From contig NC_020304.1 of NCBI RefSeq assembly GCF_000341395.1, positions 2,100,001-2,132,000 of the forward strand: a DNA stretch of 32,000 nt, written 5' to 3'. Below are positions 25,835 through 32,000 of this stretch, piece by piece (the stretch's first letter is position 1; the number at the start of each line of letters is the position of its first letter). The stretch comes from Desulfocapsa sulfexigens DSM 10523. Lineage in GTDB: Bacteria > Desulfobacterota > Desulfobulbia > Desulfobulbales > Desulfocapsaceae. The notes under the pieces are model-generated. The model was not told where the DNA came from, did not search any database, and saw nothing but the letters and a program-made list of their open reading frames with translations. Made by a program: the position numbers and the translations under genes.

Positions 25835-27517
25835 TTATTTCGAATCCCTAACGGTAAATTGGGTTACCATATCTTTTAGAATAGCGGCAATACTGGCAAG
25901 CTCTTTGGCACTTTCTTTTACAGTGTCACCAGTTTTAGAAAGTTCTCCTGTAAGCTCAGACATTTCCGTAATATCATGGGCAATTTCCACCGAGGCACTT
26001 GAACTCTGGGCGACATTTTCGTTCACCTCGCCAATACCCATTGCTGCCTGTTGGATGTTTTCCGCGATTTCGTTTGTGGTTGCAGTTTGTTCGGCAACAG
26101 ATACAGTGATCCCAGCAACGATTTCATCTACCCGGCCAATTACTTCCGTAATTTGTCGAATCTCAGCAACGGTTTCATCGGTGGAGCCCTGCATTAATTC
26201 AATGGATGTCCTGATTTCACCGGTGGCTGCTGCTGTCTGTTTCGCAAGCTCTTTGATTTCATTGGCGACGACCGCAAATCCTTTACCGGCCTCTCCGGCC
26301 CGGGCTGCTTCTATGGTCGCATTTAGGGCTAGCAGGTTAGTCTGATCAGATATTTCTGTTATAACTCCAGTTACTTTTGAAATCTGGTTGGCAGCCTCTC
26401 CAAGGGCGTCGACCTTTATCGATGAGCTGTTTGCAAGCTTAACGGCATCTTCTGTAATACTCCTTGCTTCTTTAGTTTTTGCGTCTACCTCCGCAATGGA
26501 CCTGGTGACTTCTTCTGAAGCAGTGGCAACAATATTTACATTTGTGGAGGCCTCTTCACTTGCAGCAGCAACTGAATTCATATTGCCACTCAACTGTTCA
26601 GTTGCAGCAGCCACAGAGCTTGCACGACTGCAAACGTTAGCACTGTTTGCCGACATGGATTGAGCAATATTATTCAATTCATCTGAAGTAGAAGAAAGGC
26701 CAAGAACTTCGGTGTTCATATTGCCAATCATGATGTTGAGTTTGTCTGCCATCTTGTTCAGTGCCGTGGCAAGGAGACCAAGTTCATCTTTCTGCTGGAA
26801 CTCAAGACGTTTGGTAAGGTTCCCGGCAGCAAGAGATTCGGCAAGTCCAACTGATAGCTTAAGGGTTGTACTTATTTTCCTGGAAAGGAAAAAACTGAAT
26901 AGAAAAGAGAGAAGAATTGAAAGAATTGTCAGTCCGATGATCATCTGGATTTTCGTTCCGATTCCCGCCTGCACTTCTTTGTTTCCAGTAATACTGGCAG
27001 TTGTTATCTCCTCTGAAATCTGTTGAAGTACTGCCTTGATTCCCTGTATGGATTCGCGGGATTTACTGTTATAGATTTCCATGGCCTCATCCTTGAAACC
27101 GTCATTTGAATCTACTGCCTCCTGAATTTCTCGGGCAGAATCGTGGAGATCTTTGTGAGGTCTTTCAAGCTGTTTGAGAAGAGGGGCGATACTGGGGAGT
27201 ATAGTCTCGGCCTGTTTTCTTTCTTTTCCGTAGAGCCATTTACCGAGTTTGCAGGCACGATCATCCGTTGAGACACTTAATGTAGTGGCATTTTCGTCAA
27301 GAAGAAAGATAATGACCTTGTTCTGCCAGTTGATGTGATCAATTTCACGTGCCAGCATTATTTGTTCAAGGTTATTCAGGTAGCTATTATGATCGATTTT
27401 GGTTGAAAGGTCATTGAAACCTTTCCAACTCACGCTACTGATAATAATCAGCAAAAGGCCAGCAAAACCAAAACCGATAGAAAGTTTTTTTGCTATAGAT
27501 AGATCATTCCAACTCAT
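25835..27517 (-). CDS. Methyl-accepting chemotaxis protein (2 TM, periplasmic helical sensor with CZB-type motif, HAMP, signalling domain)
   Basis: TM1 at aa 12-30 and TM2 at aa ~189-211. [40 protein letters not shown]. Conserved hairpin tip [45 protein letters not shown] lies before the ATG. Confidence 0.95.
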   Translation of the reverse strand: MSWNDLSIAKKLSIGFGFAGLLLIIISSVSWKGFNDLSTKIDHNSYLNNLEQIMLAREIDHINWQNKVIIFLLDENATTLSVSTDDRACKLGKWLYGKERKQAETILPSIAPLLKQLERPHKDLHDSAREIQEAVDSNDGFKDEAMEIYNSKSRESIQGIKAVLQQISEEITTASITGNKEVQAGIGTKIQMIIGLTILSILLSFLFSFFLSRKISTTLKLSVGLAESLAAGNLTKRLEFQQKDELGLLATALNKMADKLNIMIGNMNTEVLGLSSTSDELNNIAQSMSANSANVCSRASSVAAATEQLSGNMNSVAAASEEASTNVNIVATASEEVTRSIAEVDAKTKEARSITEDAVKLANSSSIKVDALGEAANQISKVTGVITEISDQTNLLALNATIEAARAGEAGKGFAVVANEIKELAKQTAAATGEIRTSIELMQGSTDETVAEIRQITEVIGRVDEIVAGITVSVAEQTATTNEIAENIQQAAMGIGEVNENVAQSSSASVEIAHDITEMSELTGELSKTGDTVKESAKELASIAAILKDMVTQFTVRDSK

Positions 27518-27675
27518 TACACCATCTCCTGTGGGATGTTTTTCTATTCAATATTTCGACAAACGAACACATAACAATGTCCTTCAATATTCTATGTTAA
27601 ATGAACCATAGGGGAAAGGGATTTTTTCTCTATGACGAAAAAAGCTCGAAAAAAATTACAAGGGTAGGGAAGTGT

Positions 27676-27717
27676 ACAAAGAAAAAGCATTGAGTGGGAG
27701 GGGATTCCCACTCAATG
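27676..27717 (-). terminator. Rho-independent terminator after the thi/purH-like operon
   Basis: The minus strand reads CATTGAGTGGGA-ATCCCC-TCCCACTCAATG, a perfect 12-bp stem (27717-27688) followed by CTTTTTCTTTGT. It begins 17 nt after the stop codon (27734-27736) of the AICAR transformylase gene. Confidence 0.8.
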
Positions 27718-27733
27718 TTCGGGGAGATCGATT

Positions 27734-29023
27734 TTAGTGCTTAAATGAACGCTGTCCGGTGAACATCATGGCAACTTTGGGGTCAGCTTCGTTACAGGCA
27801 GTAATAACATCTGAATCACGCATTGACCCACCAGCCTGCAATATGGCTGTACAGCCCTGGTTGATTCCAACATCTGCACCATCCCTGAAGGGGAAGAATG
27901 CATCTGAAATCATAACAGAACCTGGAAGGTTTGCCCTGTCCTCTAAAACCTTAGCGTCAATCGTTTCTTTGTCAGCAATATCACGTTTTCCCTGGGTTAT
28001 TTCCAGGCAAAGATCAGCGTAAGGGATTTTGTGAGTATCAAAACAGACGATATCAGCGTATTTGATATAGGCTTTGTGGACAGCAATTTCTGCAACACCG
28101 ACTCTGTCCTGCTCGCCCGTTCCAATTCCTACTGTGCAACCATCCTTGATGTAAAGAACAGAGTTTGAGGTCACCCCATGTTCAATCGCCCAACCAAAGA
28201 TCATATCGTCAATTTCCCTTTGTGTCGGTTGACGGTCACATTTGTATTCCACCCCTTTTCTGGTGGCAGTGGCCGGTTTCAGGTCGTTTATTGAGCGGAT
28301 GGAGTTTACTGCGGATTGCTGAGCGATAATTCCTCCATCAATAAGGCTTTTAAAATCAATAAAGCGAAATTTCTCAAAGTCGGCTAGGCGATCAATGGCT
28401 CCCATTTTAATGACACGCAGATTTTTACGGGCTGCAAGAATCTCAAGGGCTCCATCTTCAAAATCAGGGGCGCAGACAACTTCAAGATAATTTTCAGCCA
28501 TCATCCGTGCTGTGTCGATGTCCACTGCTCGGTTAATGATAACAGCACCACCAAATGCAGCGATACGGTCACAACGATTGGCTTTGTCGTATGCACTACT
28601 CAGGCTCTCACCTATGGCAGCTCCACAGGGATTGTTGTGCTTGAGAATGACAGCAGCTGGTTTCTCGGTGAGATATTTAATAATATTAAGGCCATTATCA
28701 ACATCGGTCAAATTGATTTTTCCCGGATGTTTTCCGACCTGCAGCATATCCTGTACATCAATGGCAGAAACAAGACCATTACCAGGTTCAATAAATTTAC
28801 AGTCTCCCAAAGTTAGGTTTCCATTGACCAGTTCATACAAAGCTGCCTCCTGATCGGGATTCTCGCCATAACGGATACCGCGTTCATCAATTGAACCATC
28901 TTCCATTTTAATTCCCCAGGTACGCTTACGGTAAACGAGTTTTTGGTCACCAAAGGAAATGGTCATATCCATGGGGAAGCTATCTCCAAGGATGGTGGTG
29001 TACATCTTTTTAATATCACTCAT
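27734..29023 (-). CDS. purH: AICAR transformylase (PurH C-terminal domain only; no MGS-like IMP cyclohydrolase domain)
   Basis: IRYGENPDQEAALY lies near aa 50, AAVILKHNNPCGAAIG follows, and the C-terminus is AMMFTGQRSFKH, all hallmarks of the AICARFT domain. At 429 aa it is ~100 aa shorter than the bifunctional PurH (~530 aa), and its N-terminal 48 aa are unrelated to an MGS fold. Confidence 0.85.
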   Translation of the reverse strand: MSDIKKMYTTILGDSFPMDMTISFGDQKLVYRKRTWGIKMEDGSIDERGIRYGENPDQEAALYELVNGNLTLGDCKFIEPGNGLVSAIDVQDMLQVGKHPGKINLTDVDNGLNIIKYLTEKPAAVILKHNNPCGAAIGESLSSAYDKANRCDRIAAFGGAVIINRAVDIDTARMMAENYLEVVCAPDFEDGALEILAARKNLRVIKMGAIDRLADFEKFRFIDFKSLIDGGIIAQQSAVNSIRSINDLKPATATRKGVEYKCDRQPTQREIDDMIFGWAIEHGVTSNSVLYIKDGCTVGIGTGEQDRVGVAEIAVHKAYIKYADIVCFDTHKIPYADLCLEITQGKRDIADKETIDAKVLEDRANLPGSVMISDAFFPFRDGADVGINQGCTAILQAGGSMRDSDVITACNEADPKVAMMFTGQRSFKH

Positions 29024-29074
29024 GATGAATTGCTCCGTTTAGGTTGAGAGTTGAAAAAGTTTGAAGTTGTTGAT

Positions 29075-30181
29075 TTATGATGTGGTTATCTGAAAACTGC
29101 TATCCCAGTCTTTGTATACGGGGTCATAGCCCTTTTCTCTGATCATTGTACTGACTTCCTGGAGGGATCTGTGATCCCCGACACTGAATTGTTCCGCCTC
29201 AGAGTCGGAATCTCCATAACCACCGGGGGCAGTGCAGGAACCTGCCGAATAGCGTGTGGGACCGAGTTTCAGCATTCCGTCACGATAGCGGGCTTCCTCT
29301 CTGGTGGAAACAATGAGCCCAACATCTTGATCAAAGAGACGAAGGGCAAATATTAACTGGCTGAGATTGCTTTCAGTTACTATTTCCAGGGGCTCAAATT
29401 CTCCGGTTGCTGGTCGCATACGGGGAAAGGAAACAGTAAATGCGGTTGACCAGAATGTTTTGCGCAACCAGTTCAGGTGATGGCCAATTGCAAGACCCTC
29501 GGCACGCCAGTCAGAAAGGCCCAGAAGGGCACCAATACCAACTTCCCGCATACCTGCCTCTGCCACGCGGGCGGGGGTTTCAAGGCGATAGTCAAAGTCA
29601 CTCTTTTTCCCTGAAAGATGAACCCGTTTGTACATATCTCGGTCATAGGTTTCCTGATAAACAGCAACGGCTGTAATACCGGCCAGAAACAGTCGCTGGT
29701 AGTGTTCTGTGGACAGAGGTTGAATTTCTATGGAGACGGCTGCAAATTTATTTCGTAACCTGAGAGCAATTGCCTCCATATATTCAACGTCAACGGCGTT
29801 TTCTGCTTCCCCCGAAACCAGTAAAATATGCTGGAATCCGCGTTCATGGAGGATCATTGCTTCCTTTTCGGCTTCATCGAGTGTCAAGCATTTGCGTTTT
29901 ATACGGTTGTCTGCCGAAAAACCACAGTATACACAGCGATTGGTGCAGTAATTGGAAAGATAGATAGGGGCATAGAGCTGGGTAGTTTTCCCAAAACGGG
30001 CAAGAGTTATTTCTGAAGATCTTGCGGCCATCTGTTGCAGGTAGGGTTCTGCGGCTGGAGATATTAACGCAGCAAGGTCATTAAGGTTCAGCCGTGTAGC
30101 ATTTAGCGCTTGTTCAACATCGGCAGAAGTTGCACTCTTTATCTGTTCTCGGAGCTGATTGAAGTCGGGTGATTGAAACAT
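29075..30181 (-). CDS. thiH: 2-iminoacetate synthase (tyrosine lyase) ThiH, radical SAM
   Basis: YLSNYCTNRCVYCGF (CxxxCxxC), a length of 368 aa, and collinear similarity to E. coli ThiH. It lies immediately after thiG (TGATATG junction). Confidence 0.95.
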   Translation of the reverse strand: MFQSPDFNQLREQIKSATSADVEQALNATRLNLNDLAALISPAAEPYLQQMAARSSEITLARFGKTTQLYAPIYLSNYCTNRCVYCGFSADNRIKRKCLTLDEAEKEAMILHERGFQHILLVSGEAENAVDVEYMEAIALRLRNKFAAVSIEIQPLSTEHYQRLFLAGITAVAVYQETYDRDMYKRVHLSGKKSDFDYRLETPARVAEAGMREVGIGALLGLSDWRAEGLAIGHHLNWLRKTFWSTAFTVSFPRMRPATGEFEPLEIVTESNLSQLIFALRLFDQDVGLIVSTREEARYRDGMLKLGPTRYSAGSCTAPGGYGDSDSEAEQFSVGDHRSLQEVSTMIREKGYDPVYKDWDSSFQITTS

Positions 30182-30182
30182 A

Positions 30183-30965
30183 TCAGGCTAAAAAACCAAG
30201 ATCTGAGGAGAGGGTTCCGGTAACAGGAGAGGATGCACTTGCCTGTTTACTTCTTCGACCCATTCCGGCGATGTAGGCTGTTCTGCCTGCTTCAACTGCC
30301 TTGGCAAATGCTGCGGCCATGGCTACGGGATCACCGGCAATCGAGATTGCAGTATTCACAAGTACTGCATCGGCACCCATTTCCATGGCATAGGCTGCAT
30401 GTGATGGAGCACCTATTCCGGCATCAACGACAACGGGAACACGAGCCTGTTCTATTATTATTTCAATCATGGCGTCAGTAAGTACACCTTGATTTGTACC
30501 TATGGGCGACCCTAGTGGCATGACAGCTGCGGCACCGGCATCCTGAAGTTTGAGGGCAAGGATGGGATCAGCGTTCATGTAGGGAAGAACGATGAAGCCG
30601 GCTTTGACGAGTTCTTCAGTTGCAATGAGGGTTTCGACAGGATCGGGTAGTAAAGTTCTGGGGTCTGGGGTGACTTCGAGCTTCAGCCACGACGAACCGG
30701 AAGCTGCACGTGCCAGGTGAGCGAGGCGTATGGCTTCATTAGCATTTCTCGCACCAGATGTGTTTGGAAGAAATGTGTAGTCACGCTGGCTTAAGGCCTT
30801 CATGATATCATCTTCAGGATTGTCGAGGTTGACGCGGCGCAAAGCCACAGTAACCATTTGACAATCAGACGCTGCAATAGCTTCAGCCATAACAGCAGAT
30901 GAGGAAAATTTTCCGGTTCCAAGGAAAAGTCGGGAACGAAAGTCAGTTCCAGCAATGGTCAGCAT
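30183..30965 (-). CDS. thiG: Thiazole synthase ThiG
   Basis: [10 protein letters not shown]...LPNTSGA...[17 protein letters not shown]...[13 protein letters not shown]...[29 protein letters not shown] aligns nearly end to end with E. coli ThiG. ATG at 30965 is preceded by GGAGG and aligns with the E. coli N-terminus. The ORF-track start at 30983 is a TTG inside thiS. Confidence 0.95.
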   Translation of the reverse strand: MLTIAGTDFRSRLFLGTGKFSSSAVMAEAIAASDCQMVTVALRRVNLDNPEDDIMKALSQRDYTFLPNTSGARNANEAIRLAHLARAASGSSWLKLEVTPDPRTLLPDPVETLIATEELVKAGFIVLPYMNADPILALKLQDAGAAAVMPLGSPIGTNQGVLTDAMIEIIIEQARVPVVVDAGIGAPSHAAYAMEMGADAVLVNTAISIAGDPVAMAAAFAKAVEAGRTAYIAGMGRRSKQASASSPVTGTLSSDLGFLA

Positions 30966-30966
30966 A

Positions 30967-31167
30967 TCAGCCGCCTCCAACAAATCGTATTATTTCGACC
31001 CTGTCATCTTCAGCAAGTTCTGTCTTGTTGTAAGAGTCCGGGGTAACAATGGAAGTGTTCAATTCAACAACAACTGTGTCAGGGGGAAGTCCAAGATCTG
31101 TTAATAAGTCAGATATGGTTGATATATCCTGAATAGATTTGCTGTTGCCGTTTACTGTAATGTTCAT
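30967..31167 (-). CDS. thiS: Sulfur carrier protein ThiS
   Basis: 66 aa from the ATG at 31167: [12 protein letters not shown]...[13 protein letters not shown]. It is beta-grasp sized with a C-terminal Gly-Gly. The ORF-track start, TTG at 31188, would add 7 residues. Confidence 0.85.
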   Translation of the reverse strand: MNITVNGNSKSIQDISTISDLLTDLGLPPDTVVVELNTSIVTPDSYNKTELAEDDRVEIIRFVGGG

Positions 31168-31212
31168 ACCAGTTGCAATGTGATGCAAATTGAATTGTTA
31201 AAATGTAAAAAA

Positions 31213-32000
31213 TCAGTTTCGTTTTTGTTCTGTACCAAGAAGTATGCGAAGAGCTTGATTTGCTTGATGATGTGCAGCAATACCAACTCTAGGAGCCATC
31301 AGTCCCATTCCAGGGCAGGCTTCAGAAGTTTTATCGCCGACAATAAATATCCCTGGTCGCACCATCGTCGTGACAATGGTGTTATTGTCACCGAAACCAG
31401 CCATACCTGAAGAACCGACATAGGACACTCGATCCATTGTATTTAAAATTGATCTAAGGGTAGCAGCCTTCATAACCGGGTCATCAAAACATTCAATCAA
31501 AACATCCACGTCACTGAATAGTTGTGGCAGTCGTGCTTCTGTCAAGTACTCATTGATGAGTTCCAGTGAGATCGAAGGATTCATTCTCAGAAGGTTTTCC
31601 TCCAGTGCTTCAGTCTTAAGCATCCCTATTTGATCAACAAAATAATGTTGCCGGTTGAGGTTGCTTGGCTCCACAACATCATAATCGGATAAGAGCATCT
31701 TGCCAATACCGATTTTTGCCATAGCACCAGCAACTGCAGATCCAAGACCTCCAAGTCCAAGGATAGCAATAGTGGAGCTCCTGATTTTTTTTTGTATACC
31801 TGGAGTATGCCGTGCTGAAAGAAGAGCGTCCCTTTCTTTGTCTGTTGGCACTATACCCTTTTGAATAAAAGAGCATGAATCGCCATCCTGAACAACGGTA
31901 TCTGGCGGTACCGGAAAACCGTTGAGAATGAAAATGTCGGCGGAAGGTTTATGTATGGCAGCGAGTGCTCCAATGGTGTGACCTGGAGAGAAAGGGTACT
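31213..32000 (-). CDS. thiF: ThiF-type E1-like adenylyltransferase; 5' end uncertain (frame stays open to the window edge)
   Basis: Rossmann/ATP motif IAILGLGGLGSAVAGAMAKIGIGKMLLSDYDVVEPSNLNRQ. The ORF-track start at 31851 is a GTG. The same frame continues without a stop through 31852-32000 (YPFSPGHTIGALAAIHKPSADIFILNGFPVPPDTVVQDGDSCSFIQKGIV), so the protein may be longer and is then 5'-partial here. Confidence 0.8.
   Translation of the reverse strand, partial: YPFSPGHTIGALAAIHKPSADIFILNGFPVPPDTVVQDGDSCSFIQKGIVPTDKERDALLSARHTPGIQKKIRSSTIAILGLGGLGSAVAGAMAKIGIGKMLLSDYDVVEPSNLNRQHYFVDQIGMLKTEALEENLLRMNPSISLELINEYLTEARLPQLFSDVDVLIECFDDPVMKAATLRSILNTMDRVSYVGSSGMAGFGDNNTIVTTMVRPGIFIVGDKTSEACPGMGLMAPRVGIAAHHQANQALRILLGTEQKRN

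Noticed and set aside
25905-27026. Ser/Ala/Val-rich plus-strand ORFs (146, 91 and 104 aa) opposite the MCP gene
   Set aside because: They are the mirror image of the Ala/Ser/Glu-rich heptad signalling domain of the chemoreceptor, with no independent start context.
31189-32000. TPP (THI-box) riboswitch expected for a thiamine operon
   Set aside because: The 24-nt thiF-thiS gap is too short, and the region upstream of thiF is coding out to the window edge. If a riboswitch exists it lies beyond 32000.
1-32000. Mobile elements, CRISPR arrays, tRNA/rRNA genes, toxin-antitoxin pairs or defence islands
   Set aside because: I saw no transposase, integrase or recombinase-like ORFs, no regularly spaced direct repeats, no tRNA-like cloverleaf candidates in the intergenic gaps, and no small overlapping two-gene modules. 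The DinG-like helicase sits in a housekeeping context (prenyl synthase, YibQ) rather than with nucleases or Cas-like genes.

Overview
This 32-kb chromosomal window looks like it comes from an anaerobic Gram-negative bacterium, possibly Desulfobacterota-like. That taxon call is inference only, based on gene content: a thiH-type thiazole pathway, beta-barrel outer-membrane proteins (OMPs) ending in Phe, a chemoreceptor and a REC-GAF kinase. All domain calls were made by eye from motifs, with no database search. I saw no rRNA, tRNA, CRISPR array, transposase, integrase or prophage signature.

Layout:
(i) 1-14680 is a run of twelve minus-strand genes, most junctions overlapping or nearly abutting. 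In transcription order: a small beta-barrel OMP, a hexapeptide-repeat acetyltransferase, and four glycosyltransferases (two GT28-C/COG4671-like, two GT4) with an embedded histidine phosphatase and a deacetylase-fold protein. These are followed by an unusual MacB/FtsX-type ABC module: a minimal 216-aa FtsX permease, a LolD/MacB-type ATPase, and a 1606-aa protein. The 1606-aa protein fuses a PA/M28 peptidase-like ectodomain (with a coiled-coil insert) to an FtsX permease and an unrecognised C-terminal domain. Last is a translationally coupled polytopic membrane protein that runs off the left edge and is missing from the ORF track.
(ii) 14881-17891 holds a secreted FG-GAP repeat protein and a porin with its own promoter, long leader and terminator.
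(iii) 17907-27517 holds a DHA2-type MFS transporter, a REC-GAF-HisKA-HATPase hybrid kinase, a HEAT-repeat protein coupled to a DinG-like Fe-S helicase, a polyprenyl diphosphate synthase, a YibQ-like protein, and a chemoreceptor (MCP) whose periplasmic loop matches the full CZB zinc-binding motif.
(iv) 27734-32000 holds thiF-thiS-thiG-thiH followed by an AICAR transformylase that lacks the IMP cyclohydrolase domain. The thiF frame stays open to the right edge.

The best candidate for an undescribed system is the peptidase-fold/FtsX ABC module together with the glycan cluster it follows.
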